A stretch of DNA of 64,000 bases from Amphiscolops sp. MND2022 (lineage: Eukaryota), in the NCBI GenBank assembly GCA_964187785.1, contig OZ076413.1, positions 72,354,001-72,418,000 on the forward strand, written 5' to 3'. Shown piece by piece: positions 45,771-59,400 of this stretch (positions are counted from its first letter, which is position 1; each line of letters opens with the position of its first letter). The notes under the pieces were generated by a model. The model saw only the letters and a program-made list of their open reading frames with translations. It had not been told where the DNA came from and ran no database searches. A program made the position numbers and the translations under genes.

Positions 45771-48700
45771 TTAACCCTAAGTGGTCCAGCGGTACGAAAA
45801 CGTACCGAACTGCAGTGAAGGCTGCGACCAAAGTCACGTGACTTCAATTCTTTTGCAAAACTCATTTTCTGAAATCTGTCGTCCAATCAAAATTAGGAAC
45901 GCTAAATACAGATCGGAATGAAAATGCCGCTGCTCGCAGCGCTCGCTAGTACCTTGAATTCTACTTCATACAAGGTGTAGATCAGGCCTGTTCGTTTTTC
46001 ACGGAAAATTTCCTCGATTTTCACGCCACATTTCACGGCAATTTTAACGTAATTTCACGCTCTATTTCACGCGCAACAACAGAATACACGCTCATTTCAC
46101 GCTATTTTTACGTTTTTTTTTAAAAAAAAAAACAAAATTGATACATCCAAAGATGTAAATCAGAGTTACATTTCATTGGTCGAGAGCGATTTCCAAAACA
46201 TCAATTTTTAGTTTTTTGAAATTTTGACCCACTTACAATTTTTTGATTTCAAAATAATTTTGACAGAAAAATTCTCCCAACTATTTCGAATCTGACAATA
46301 TAATTTTTTTTCAAAAATATTGTAAATTGTACTAGAACGAGCTTGTTTTAAGTGGCTATATTTCAAAATCGTATCTTAATACATGTATTTTTGAAAATCT
46401 TAATTTTACAGCGTATTTTCTTTGCGATTTTAGAATGATTTTTTAATCAAAACATATCAGGGGCTTCAGTTAAATCAGGGGTGCCAATTGAACATAAAAT
46501 TTTTCAAAAATTCTAAGTAAAAGTATATCAAAAGTGAGAAAAACCTCAATTTTGGCCTAAATTTGGCTAAAAATGGCCTATCGTAACTTCTACAGTTTTC
46601 ATCGCATAATTTTCAAACAAACATATTTGTAAACTAGATAAAAATCTAAGAAACCTTCACTTTTATCATTTTTCAAAATTCGCTGCTCTTTCAGAGATAT
46701 TCGATTTTGAGATTTGCCTTTTGTTGCTTTTAATAATATCACTACTGTAGATTTTCTGAGAGTTTACATTTCTCACAAATATAAGGCCGATTTCACGCTC
46801 ATTTATACGCCATTGCACGCAAAAATCCAATCGGCCAATTACACGCTATTTTACACGCGATTCACGCCGTGACATACGCACAAGCCTGGTGTAGATTCAG
46901 AAGTAAAATTATAATTGCATAGAAAATTGACGGACGTCATTCATCTGAAAGCTACCAATTAATTCTTGGAATATCCAAATTTCACGCTGAACACAATAAA
47001 ACAAAATTTAACTAATAAAACTCCTGTTTACGCTAGACTCAAATTACAGTTAGGTACTTATTCGTATCAAATGTCCACAATTAACATTTTCAATTGATTT
47101 TCCAGATGTTTAAATGGCCTAAAATTTCGAAGTATTGGTCGATTGGTATCACGGAGAGCAAGATCGCGTGCTGATTACTGATTTATTGGTTGATATTCCG
47201 ATTTCTGTGGCATGGAAATATGATATTTCATGGACTGGGAATATAGAAACTATTATCGAATGCTTTGATGTGGAAGTCTCATGGTTCAATAATGGAACTA
47301 CCAATATTGTTTCTATCAGGGAGCTTCAATTTCTGAACCTTGAGGATTTTATCAATGCAGAGGCGTCCTGGAGAGAAGATACTGCCTTCAGAGGGAAAAT
47401 TGTGCGGGTATACCCGCCACGAAAAAAGCCGTCCAAGCCCGAAAAAAATTGAGAATGTGTTACAGGAATCAACAAATACATCGATGAACCTGCTCGATCT
47501 TTCTGGAATTTCGTCTGGACCTTCAATAATGTCAACACCAAGACATATCAGGAGACACTCTGAAGATGACTGGACCAGCGAAGACTCCAGTGAAGCCGAA
47601 GAACTGTCATTTTCTGAAGAAACGACCGATTGTTCAAGCACTGCAGAGAACGAGAAGGAAAACAATGTTAAAGAGAACGAGGCCTTACCGACATTGGAAA
47701 AAAGCAACGGTGCAAGAATAGAATGGCATGTTGAGCTATCTAATGAGATTCCTAATTTACCTTTCCTGATGGAAATGAGAAACGAATTCTGTTTGCCGAA
47801 ATCTATGGAATATTTCAAGCAATATTTCTCGAAAACGTTCCTCGGAGAAATTTGCAATCTCTCGAACTCTTATGCAGTTCTGAAGAATCCGAACACCACA
47901 TTTGTCTCACCCCGCTCTTTTTGCAACATTATTTGGGAATCCACATTTACATGACCCTAATCAAGCTCGGAGCCTCCAGGAGGTACTGGGGATCTTTCAC
48001 AAGAGTACCACAGGTAGCTGACAATGAGTTGTAAACTGTTTGAACAAATCACCAAATTTCTCCATTTTGAGGACCAAAAAGCAGATTCAAAGTCACGAAC
48101 ACGTAAATTTCAGCGCGTTCTTAATATGATCAATGAGATTGCAGGAGCATTGGCAGTGGGCTGCGAGCACTTGAGTATCGACGAGCAAGTTATCGCGTAT
48201 GAAGGAAAAAAGTCATCGCTGCGACAGTATAATCCCAAAAAACCGAAGAAATGGGGCTTCAAAATATTTGTCCTCAGCGGAAGATCGGGTCTAATTCATA
48301 AAATGGGGAACCAGTGGAAGGATTTGAGGCAGAATGAGTGGGAAAAAGCGGTGAAGTAGTGTTGCGACTAGCAGAAAAGATTCCAAAGCATGTCAACCAT
48401 AAACTTTATTTCGATAACTGGTTCAACTCGTCGGCAACTCAAATTGAGCTATCCAAAAATCGTATACAGAGTGTTGGAACTCTCCCAGTCAACCGAGCAA
48501 ATCTTCTGAAGTTCGATTTTGACCATCCTCGCAGAGTTAATTACCTGGTCAAGGTCGTGGACAATCACAAATTGTATGCCACCCAGTGGTATGACAATAA
48601 ACCTGTAACATTCCTGAGTACATTTATCGCGTCGGAGCCAGAAATAGCGATGAAGCGTTTTGATCGAAAAACAAAAACATACATCGAGGTTCCTGCCCCA

Positions 48701-49265
48701 GCAGTATTAGATGTGTACAACAGACATATGGGATACGCGGACGAAATAAATTCATATCTTGGACAGTTACGCATGACAGACAACTCACTGCTTTTCAAGA
48801 TTCTATCCATTTTGCATAATTGCAACAAACTGCTGGGCGCAATATAGACGTGACTGTGAGTCCACTGGTGATACGGTCAAGTCTATGTATGAATTTAAAG
48901 CACAGCTGGCAAATACATTAACGAAATGTGGTGTCCACTTTCCGAAAAAAGAAAAGGGACGCCCAAGGGTAAAAAAACTTCATGATGAAAAATCCAAACG
49001 TGGAGGTCCAAAAACTTTCAAAGAAGTTCGTATCCAGGATTTCGGCCATATACCAATTACTGCAAACAGAGGACCTCTGTGCAAGTATCCTGGTTGCGAT
49101 GCCCGACCCGTTACAATGTGCAAGAAATGCAATGTGTACCTTTGTGGTAGTAAAAAACATTGTTTCCAAGATTTTCATTGCAATTATTTTCTGGACTGCA
49201 AAACATCTGTGGTTGATGCAAGTAATTTCCATGGACCACGTTTGTGTAGTCTATCTATCATCTAA
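45771..49265 (+). mobile_element. piggyBac DNA transposon (PGBD3-like), frameshifted, right end not identified
   Basis: Left end TTAA|CCCT at 45771. Transposase pieces 47340-49265 contain LSIDEQ, PKKWG.K, LYFDNWF, YNRHMGYAD and the C-terminal CKYPGC...CKKCNVYLC...CFQDFH. Confidence 0.85.
45983..46888. mobile_element. Non-autonomous hAT element (906 bp)
   Basis: Termini CAGGCCTGTTCGT / reverse complement CAGGCTTGTGCGT. 8-bp TSD GTGTAGAT at 45975-45982 and 46889-46896. Subterminal TTCACGC repeats. Confidence 0.88.
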
Positions 49266-49299
49266 TTGAAATTGAAAACTGTTCCGGTATTGGTTTTGT

Positions 49300-49600
49300 A
49301 TCGTGGATGATGCAAGCTTTAAATGCAGCTAATGCTTTAGTCGCATTCGGTCACTTTACAAGGTGATGTTCCCAGATAGCTCCTTTGCTGCGATAATTTG
49401 TTAACGAGAACGGAAACGGGATACATCATAACAAAACCGATAGCCCCATTTGTAAAAGGCCAAGTCACCAATAAATTCATTTCTTGTGACCGTGTTGGTA
49501 TTCCTATGGATGAATCGAGCTACCATAAGAAATATCGCGTCGAATCGCTGCAACTTGTTTAGAACGCAACGTCTAAGTACAAAGAAGAATGCGAAGTTCT
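49300..49600 (+). pseudogene. hAT-like transposase fragment
   Basis: Manual translation across shifts gives KVMFPDS...TETGYII..PIAPFV...GIPMDES. Confidence 0.45.
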
Positions 49601-50249
49601 GAAAGCGAGAAATTAACGCGTGGAGTCTGAAGCTATAGTTTTTTGTGACGAATTCAATTTATACTAGCGGCGCACACCATAGTTTCATCTTTAAGTTTAT
49701 TTTTTCTGACATTTAGTACCTAACACATGCACGATACATAACGAAAACAGAAGTCGGTTGTAACATTTTAATTTTCACATGACAACTGACAGTTTTGTTT
49801 TCACGAACAGCAAGAATTCAATTGCCTGTAAACCAGTAACGAAAAAACGACTTAAGAAAATATACAAGAGGTTAAATGAATGGGTTTACATCCCATAACA
49901 TTTCTAGTTATATGAACATCAAAAAATAGTTGGTTAGGAAATGCTTAACTTAATACGTATTGATGCATTATGGCCATTGCGTGAAGGGGGCGTTTTCGCA
50001 AAAGACATGTCCTGACAGGTCCTGATTTTTCAATTAGTAAGCGACCAGCAGGTAAGTCGAATCCGATTAACTAAATCGTCAATGGGCATTCAAAATCGAG
50101 CCACATACGCTGATCTTTTGGCGGCTTAGCATGAATCCCACTGAACTCTGTTGTTTACTTGGAAATGCAATCAGTATTGGGGAGGCCTTCGATACTTCAA
50201 CTGAAGAATTTCATGTGGCATCCTCTTCTGGATGTACTCGATCTAAGTT

Positions 50250-53200
50250 ACGCGAAATTCGTGGATGACGATTGAATCGTCATCGTTGTTCTTTGATGGC
50301 TTAACCCACCCCATGACTTTAAATCCAGGCTCTGTTTCCGCTTCGTTTTACGCTTCGATAAGTTCCCGAACGTTTTTCTTAGCGCCATGATGCCCAAGTT
50401 GTTACCATCGCAAGTCCGATGGTGTTTGTGATTTATTGTACAAAATCTGGCAAAATTCACCGAACGAAGGTTGGATTTTTGGTGGGTTGTTGTTTCCATC
50501 TTCAGTTCTTCTGAACGGACTAGTCCCTCAAACGCCCAGGTTGTATTTCCCGTTCTTTTCCACACCTATACATGTTGAAGGGAGTGGCCCGTCACTTAAG
50601 TCACCAGGGTTAACATTCGGGTGACCTTTGGGAACTTTATCTCCAGAGACATAGTCCGCAATAGAAACAATTTCACTTTTGGTTCATTTAGCACGTCGAA
50701 AGTTGGAAGCTCGTTGAAAGATGGAGGTCCATCTGTACGTGGACGGGTAATAGGACGTTATCTGCGCGTAGAGAGCCTTTCACGCGTGGCTCTATGACTG
50801 CGACAAGCATTCCAGCTTCTAACTTGTCGTGGTAGCGTAGTAGCACAGTACTTTCCATTTCGTTGCCTGTGACGGTGGCAGCAATGTTGTTGGGATCTCC
50901 GAACAGGAAAAACTTGCAGGTTGCATTTTGAAAGCGACTTTATAAAAGGTATATCGCTCCCTCGTGAGTATTCTTGAAACGAATATTCGGTTCAGCGCTC
51001 ATTTTTCCATACAGATAAATCATTTTATGTCTTCGTGTAAGTCCTTTCATGTCGGAAACGTCTTCTTCAAAGAAATCGACAAACAACCATGATTCGTACT
51101 GTCAAGACAGTACATGAGCAGCCGCGTTGTCAGGGATTGAGGAAACGACGAAATCATGTTTGCAGATTCTGAAAAGCTTGCGTGAGCAATTAAGAAAAGG
51201 TTCCATTTTGCTCTTACTGGATGCGTTTGAAAAAAAAGTAGCGCTTTCATTCCTACGTCTCAACGAAATCTAACTAAACATAGTAAATTGAACTCAGTTC
51301 AACTAAATGAAACCAAACAAAGTTAACATAAGCTGGCATTCTTTTGTTGGTACCTGACTACAAACTGACTGTTGAACAACAGTATCAATATGCAGTAAAT
51401 CACGCGTAGCATTTTCTCACTTATAAAGTAGACTCTTGAGTCAACTAAGCTGACAGTTTGCTAGCCATTCAAAATGATTTCACAAATGCGGAGCATTTGG
51501 TGACTCATCATAACGAACGTTGATTTCTGGAAGTGGCCAATTGACATGGTGAGATAACTTTATCTCTTAGGTACTTCGTCTTCCATGTGCTGAGACCCTC
51601 CCTGGGTAAAAGGGAATTACGAGAAGTTTGACAAAAATGAGGGAAAGAACCAGTTGTGTATATCCGGACGTTTCATTCAAGAATGCTTTTTTCTAACAAA
51701 AATTAGCGAAAAAATTGATAATTTTCACCTTTTGTACCTGGCCGAGTTGGATGTTGAAATTTCATGTTTGCTAGGTACAAAAAATTTCAAACAGAATTCA
51801 ATATTAATGTTTTGTTGTCTTACGGGAGACAATGCTCATTATAGGCACCAGGATGAATCAAATTTCCGTCTGTATCAACTACGCTACTTTTTGGTTAGAT
51901 CCATGTTGCGAAGATATGTCCAGCCTGGATGATAGAACTCTGGTGACTACTGGTAAGAGAGGGCCCGAGCGATTCTGGCTAACGCCAGGTGCAGGCAGAG
52001 ATTTTGTGATGTTCAAGATATCTACTGTTAAAACATGATCATGGTATGCAGTAGACTTATTATTCACTTTATAATAGACGTTGACTCCGATGAATGAAAG
52101 AAGTATCAGAATGAAGGAACACACGCGTAGCATTTGGTTCCCCCTGAGGACTTTGATTTGTTGCTGTCACTCGGCCTGTTATAATGGCCCGTAACGCTGA
52201 AGTTGACTTTCTCGTCTTCGACAATTTTGACAAACGTATCAAGAACTACAGCAGTGGCATGTCTTGAGAAATACAGTGAAATTTAGGAAGATAGCTCCAT
52301 GAAGTTTCTGTTCAATTCGGATCATTTGTTGCTTGTTCAACTCAGCGTCTTCGTCGAAACCGGAGGTTAAGCATAGTACCGCTTAAGGGATGAGATATTT
52401 TTGACAAGTTTTGTTTGCACCGTTTCTTGAATTGTGCTCTATTATGCGCCGTCGTATGTTCTGGGTTTGACCAACATATATAACCGGAATTTCTCTAGCA
52501 CTAATCAACAAATACACAAAATCAGCATGACCACTTGGTATGGCATTTTTTTGGTCTGAAAGGTGATAGTTCTACGAGGTTGAATTAGCTTTGTCTGGTT
52601 GGATGAGGAGCTCAATCAAAAGATTTTCTGTGTATAAATCCCATTGGCTTCGTTTGCTTTTAATGCGGCTAACAAGTACGTATTTGCTTTTAATGCGGCT
52701 AACAAGTACGTAAGGTTGTTCTTTCTCCCGAAGGCTGTAGTTTCTGTCGTTCAAGTCAATCTGTGTTACAACTTTTCCAATAGTTTCTGTCATTGCAGCG
52801 GTGAATGAAGCGGATTGTTGCTCCAAATCCTAATTTTTCCAGTAACGTTTTAATAGTGTCGACAATCCGGTTATAAATGCTCTTCGAAATGTGGTCGAAG
52901 TTGCCTCGAAAGAACTTTTGTAAAACTCTTGATTTTCTTCCTCCAGTGCAGTGTATCGGACAGATGGTGTTTGTAAATTCACACTATCGTCAGTGAGTGA
53001 TTTCAACGGGGCATTGGCGTCGACCATATGACGATTTTGGGAGACGTGGGAACCAGGAAAGACACACAACGTTTAAAAATTGAATTCAAGTTATCATTTG
53101 TTATGTTGTTGGCACCAGGAACAAGCTTTCCTTTTTCAAGGGCTTTTTTGATGCATCCACTATGGTGGCGATCGAACTCTGATTCGTATTCACCGAATAT

Positions 53201-55612
53201 GATCAATAAATATACAATTTTTGAATTTTTTAGAAGGAACGTTAGGGAAAGCCACAACTCCGGATCACCGTCCCTCTTCACTATCGTCTATCAGTTGTAA
53301 CGGAATGTTTCTCAACGAATTGAAATACTCAGCGGCAAAAAATTTGTGATCAATATTGTCGTAACCTATGACTCGATTATGCAAAAACTAACAGTTTTAT
53401 ACAGGGCACGACGTCTCAGTCTGACTTTATTTCCTCTTGCCTCAAGTCAGCAAGATGTAGTTAAATCTTGTTGAAGCGCGCACTGTATTTCTGAAGGTTT
53501 TATTTTTCCAAACGAGAACTGACAGTTTTAAAATTCGATGTTAGTAATAAAGAGTAACTCCGGTGGTTTTAGCGCAAACTGTGAAACTGTTTATACTCGT
53601 CATACAATCTTCATACTCCTTCAGTGTCTTCACTTCATTTTAAGGGAATTGTCTGATTGTAGGTAAATTCATCGCTTTTCGGCAGTTAACAAAAATTACG
53701 ATTTTCACCCGAATTGTCAACTCTTCGCCTTTGTAAACGCTTTTCGACGTTACTGCCTCTCTGTTCCAAGGAGACTGTGCTGACATGTATTCTGTCGTAT
53801 GTGGGTATGACGTAGTCGGGCCCAATCATAGCCCGCACGCACTCGGTCGGAAACAATAATCGGCATTGTTCAGATTTGGATTTGTCTTTGCGGCTGGAAT
53901 CCGCCAGCGTAGCTCCTGCAGTTTCTTTAATGCCCTTGACGGAAATATTAAGAGTTTGTTCGCGCTGTTCAGTTTTTTTCACTTGAGCATGTTCCTCAAT
54001 TCCAGCTGCGTATTTGGTCAAGTACGTTGCCGACATCCTTTTGTCGCAAATCAATTTATGCTAGCCCGTGAAATTGAAAACAACCGCGTGACAACATCGG
54101 ACAAGGTTTCACCGTCATCTGCATCGAATTTGTACTTTCCTCCTTGCAACTCCTTGCTGATTCAGTATGCTTCTTCAAATCCTTCTTTACGAGTAGCCAT
54201 ATTGAGATTTCCCAAAATATTCCATGCCTCCGTTGTATGAAATTTTTTCACATAGTCGGAAAACGTTTCGTAACACGGTTGATGAATTTTGAATCGACAC
54301 TGATGTGCCTGTATTGTCGCACTTCTTGTGACATCTAAAGTTGGCCTTTTCATAATTGTGGGTTGGGATTGTTTTCGACGACCCTAGCAATTCATCTCTA
54401 TTTTCTTCCGTTCCAACTAAAATGTTGCTTGGATCCGCCAACTCGATGTTTAACTCACACATCAGCTGTCGAAAAGTCCCAACTACCTTCCGGTCCACAA
54501 GATGATTTACAGATATGGTGCATTCCCTTCGTTGTTTGAAAGTCGAAACGGGTGAAAATGTCAAATCGTTCCAAGTGGTTTGTCTTCAGAAGTATTAATA
54601 TACTTTATCAATTTTGGAGCTGGAGCAACGGTGCCACATTCTCATGTAAAGGGGCATGCAAGCTTCTTTAATTATTCGTCGTTCGGCATCAGTCATATAG
54701 TTAATGTATTCTTTTATAATGTAGTGTATGGCTTCACGCCAAAAAGTCTACTTTGGTTGAGCGTTATCGTCAAGAAGAATGACGGTTCCTTCGTTTCAAA
54801 GGCAGCAGCTAGTTACTTGACAATACTCCGACTATCTTAGTCCGTTTTCAATTCAACGTTGTCATCACGGGGGTGTCTCTTGCAGTCCACGATCGAGAAT
54901 GAAACGAGCATCTTGCTGGTTAACATTGTAGGTCGCGAAGCAATCGAAATAAAACTATCATTTTTGGGTCACACGATATAAGCAGCGATGAATCTTTCAG
55001 TCGACTTTGAATGTGTTGGACAACGTCGGCAAAGTTGTCTTTTACAGTCGTCCTTGGAATATTAAGTGCTTGGCAACGCTCCACGTATAGCACTATGAAC
55101 GGCAGAAATGTAGATAGAGGGGTTTAACATAGCTTCAGGATGAGATAAAGGAACTTATTTTCCCGGACATCCTGTAAAAATTTCTTTCCTGGAATGCGTT
55201 GGGTTCCTGGAATGCGATTCAGCAAGAACCAACTTGCATTAAATAAACCATTGCTTATAAACCAACGTAGCTGAGATCAGATTGTTCATCAAATTCGAGA
55301 GCATCACAACCAGATCTGTAGCTAAAACATCAGAATCAACGTGTCGAGCGTTAGTGTAGGCCTCATAAATAATTCTGGAGAACTATTGACATCGAAATCT
55401 TCTTAGATGGTATTCATGGGTTCATTATCGTTCTCTTCATTTACTGGCTGTTCACTACAATGAGGATTTCTTTTGTTCGGAAATTCATGTACTTCAGTGT
55501 TGTTATCAACATTTATGTGATTTCGGCATACAGCTGTCTTGCAATCGTTGACAGAGCAACGCCACGCAGATATTCGTTGACAATAAGTGAATAATACTCC
55601 AAATGAAAGCAA
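50250..55612 (-). mobile_element. Degenerate Helitron-like Rep-helicase element
   Basis: Across frameshifts: Rep motif I PSFFLTITLNQ (~54760), motif II RFDFQTTKGMHHI (~54520), H/C cluster (~54330), motif III YLTKYAAG (~54020). PIF1-like remnants GHIFAT-MD (~51910) and IAATV..(H)R...LVAV...RV (~50780-50900). N-terminal Cys/His finger in 55403..55612. Confidence 0.72.
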
Positions 55613-56034
55613 AGCAGACGAGGGGAGTTATAACACAATTATAACGACTCCTTAGAATGAGTTGATATATAGTAGATACAACAAAGCACAGTAAGGTATA
55701 CGGACAACAGATGTCTTTATTTTACTCAAAATCACAACGCATCATAGTAATAAAGCAGCATGTATTGAATAGTAGCTTTGAGAGGACACAATATGTACTA
55801 ACAGAAGTGAGCAATGATGCAGTCAAGTTACATCAAAATATCAAGATAACGGATTGATCTGCAATATCCAGGCACACCGAGTTGGCCTGGATATTGCAGA
55901 AGGAAAGCAAAACAAGAGTCTTTCATCAACGTTCTTCCTCGTTTCCTCTAGCTTCATCAGTACCAATCGTGTTAGCGGCTGTCGCATCTGGACCATGTTG
56001 CTCATCTTTATCAGTAGCGTTGTCGTCGGCAGCA

Positions 56035-56830
56035 TCATAAGTCAGATTGGCCTGCGACTGTGTCTGAGACTGGGATGGAGGCAGATTCAGCTCTACGCGT
56101 GTTAAATGGAGCTGTTACAGTAGATGCAACTTGCGAACCGAAAAATGCAGCTGATAGATCATGGGCGTCTTTACGGACAGCTCTGTACATCATGGAGCGT
56201 TGCTCAGGGATAACTCGGAGACTGGCAGAAACGCGACTGATGTGATACGAAAAGGCTCCCGAACAGACGTTATTATCATCGTCGTTGGCAGGCTTGAACC
56301 AGTCAACAAGTCGAAATCCTTGATAGGCATCAATTCAAGCAGCCAGCTCTATTACAGCTTCTTCCATATCGTATGTATTCATATCCCCAGAGCTCATCCC
56401 TTGGCAGCCACAGTTGGGCCCATCCCTTTGTCCGTCGCATAGCCTTCCTCTACAAATATTTTCCTTTGGCATTGCATGGCAAACCTCCAGACTACGAGCC
56501 TTGAAATCAAAGAACACATAGCTCGCTGTGTTGACGTCACTTGGAGGATCGCGGAAGTTTGACAGTCTGGCACACAGCACCAGCGGATCTCCTGTTGAGA
56601 CTAACAAATTTTGAGTTCCTTTCAGAACTCCCACTATTTTCGGCGTTAATAACCATACAGGCATTCTTGCCTCCTTTGCTGCGGCGCTTGTGGAAACAAT
56701 CCATAATGTAAGTCGTATGTGATTTCTTTGGAAGATCAAATTGAATATTATTCATGAAAAGTTGTTCATAAATTCTTCCGATCAGATCAACTAACCAGCA
56801 CACGCGGAGCATTTGGCCAGTCAATCAGTT
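56035..56830 (-). pseudogene. Unknown Cys-motif gene upstream of the Rep-helicase (passenger or second element gene)
   Basis: ORF 56335..56739 (CRGRLCDGQ...CGC) continues in frame past one stop as IDAYQGFRLVDWFKP...YHISRV. Confidence 0.45.
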
Positions 56831-57179
56831 CAGAACATTTTCGAAGATCGCAAATGAAATAAATGACCAAAGATAAAAATAGCTAGTTTCCAAGTACAAA
56901 ATTAACTTTTAGCGGAAGCCTTCAAAAATTATTCACCTAGGAGTAAAAGTTCGTATTTTTACCTTGAGTTTTGTAACTCATCTATAAATACTCAACAAAA
57001 TCCTGTAAAAACAACAAGCATCAATTGATCCAAAATTTCAATAAACAATATAATCATAAACAATAGAAAACAATTCCAAGTGACAAAGACATCGAGGTAA
57101 CAAAACCACGAATATGTTATTTCTTTATTTGAAAACTGACTATTTGTCACCAAAAGTACACTTGACATTTTTCTGCATT

Positions 57180-57956
57180 TTTTTCATGGATCACAGGCAT
57201 AAACCTTCTTTCATTGAAATGGATTCTGTCATCGTTAAGCAAAAGTTTGGTGTTGCCACTGAAGTAGTTGTCGATTCCGACATATGTAACCTTTTGTTAC
57301 AGGCAACCTAATTCCTCCACTTTTTGGTTGAAAGTCCGAATATTCTCTAAAAACTGTTAGCTTTCGTCGGGTTTATCCGTTTTTTATCATCTCCGAGGTT
57401 TGCCAACAACAGATAATACAATGGCGTACTTTTCAGTCAAATCTAGGCAGTTCATCAACACGATTGATAACCTAAACAAAGTCTTGTTTAAGAAATGACC
57501 TTCGTGGAAGCATTCCATAACAAAAGACAAATGTGGTTCAATTACATTTAACGTCATTCATTATTATTGCATGTGTCTAAGTATATTTAGCATAAAAATC
57601 AACCAGCTCTTTTAGCTATGAAGACCTGAGGACAGTCACTTTTCAAAAGTGTTATCGTCATTATGGACTCTCCGATTTCTTTTTTTCCAATCATGAAGAT
57701 TGTTTCCTCCGAGGAGAAGACTTTTTTTGAGGTACCTATCATTTTTGTCGTTCATCGATTTTATGTATTTGGCAATGTCTTGTACACGAGCCCCTGCAAT
57801 TGACACACACTCATACTTGTCGTTTTTGAAGCCCTTGAGGAGACTGCTCCCAACAACCAACGTCCCATTGGATTTGTTTTTATTCATACATTCACGCACA
57901 CGGAAAGACTTGAAGCCTGTTTGGCCGTAGGCGATGGATTTAATCATATCAGACAT
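57180..57956 (-). pseudogene. SGNH esterase-like ORF (LINE ORF1-type), interrupted by a ~230-bp repeat
   Basis: TLVVGSSLL (block I), SIAGARVQD (block II), LLGGNNL (block III), and after the insert NDDRIHFN (block V). Confidence 0.65.
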
Positions 57957-58315
57957 CTAATAATGTTGAAATCAGATAAATATTTGAATCCATGCAACTA
58001 GAAACTTTTGGTCATGTTAATGATTAAAACAGGTAACAAAATAACTTTTTTCAAATTCAGGGTTGAAGTGAATTAGTCAGCTCATCAACACGATTGCCAA
58101 CCTTAACAAAGTCTTGTGTTTAAGAAATGACCTATACGGGAAGCATTCCATTACAAAACACAAAAGGAACGATGCACAGGGTGGATCATTTACATTTAAT
58201 GCCATTCATTATTATTGCATGTGTCTGAGTATATTTAGCATAAAAATCAACCAGCTCTTTTAGCTCTGAAGACCTGAGGACAGTCACTTTTCAAAAGTCT
58301 TATCGTCATTATGGC
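57435..58315. repeat. Two diverged ~230-240 bp direct repeats (57435-57665 and 58075-58315)
   Basis: Shared CATCAACACGATTG...CATTCATTATTATTGCATGTGTCT...GAAGACCTGAGGACAGTCACTTTTCAAAAGT. Confidence 0.85.
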
Positions 58316-59049
58316 TCCAATGTCAAATTCCAGGTGCCATCATTCAGTCATTTCTCCTTCAATTGACTTCAAACTTACCACATACCTTCTACACAATGTA
58401 GGCAACAATTTTGCGTACCTGTTAAAGAACTCTCCAGCGCTCGAAAAATAGATCGAAAAATAGACCGTAGTTGTGGGGTCCAATTTGGTGACGCCAGAAA
58501 CTAATTTTATCACAAAGTTCAGCAAGATCAAAATTTATCCAACTAAATCACTACTATCGGCCATACCTATAACAGTAGAAAAATGCCACTTTACATTTTT
58601 TCACAAAAAAATAAACACCACTTTTTTGGGTTTAATTCAATCATATCTTTTTTCAACGTTTTCCGACTGAAAATGTTGCTTCTGCTCCTTTGTTGTACTT
58701 CTAACGGGCAACAAAAACTTTCATATAAGTGAACCTGCTCAGGTTACTCTGTATGAAAAGTGTCGGGGTAATCTTCATTACCCAAAACTTCATAATCTTT
58801 TTCAAAGCCGTCCGAGAGCAATGTATGAGGCAGTTGGGTCTCAAGATAAAGGCAGACGCTGTGAAGCTGCGCTATTTTTCGTATACTGCTACAAGACCTC
58901 TTTAGAAAACTCGTGCATTTTCAAACATAAATTGTTCGGAAAAGTAGCGAAATCATCTCAACTAAAATTCTGTCTGACTAAAACGTCTACAAATCTGAAA
59001 CCTGCAACTTCGTCAGAATGAGTGTTTCCAGCGCCTTCTTGCCGAAACC

Positions 59050-59400
59050 TAATTGAGAAAAGGAAAACCCAAACAAGACAGGAAGGCGAAAAAATTTGGA
59101 AAAAAGTCGCACATTGCCGAAAAAAATTGCTCGAAAAAGTTTCTGGCTAAGGCAAGGACTCGAACCCGTGATCGCTGGGTTCACTGTAAACCGAGTAAAG
59201 ACTGTCCTGACGAGTACACGTGAACGAGTGAAGTCTGTAAAAAGTGGTACATACACGATGAGGTCTGTGGTCTGACGAAAAAAAAGAAAAATTAGTCACT
59301 GTAATAGTCGGGCTCTTTTCACTAGAAAAGCGCCGACTAAAAAAGAACTAGCCACTGTAATAGTCGGGCACTTTTCACTAGAAAAGCGCCGACTAAAAAC
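59050..59400 (-). repeat. SINE-like composite repeat (B-box head plus duplicated CACTGTAATAGTCGGGC...CGACTAAAAA module)
   Basis: Minus-strand GGGTTCGAGTCC at ~59155-59166. The module is duplicated at ~59297-59400 and also present at ~44230-44280. Confidence 0.6.

Noticed and set aside
50603-50613. AGGG|TTAA as the piggyBac right end
   Set aside because: Beyond CCCT it does not match the left terminus (CCCTAAGTGGTCC versus CCCTGGTGACTT), and unrelated elements intervene.
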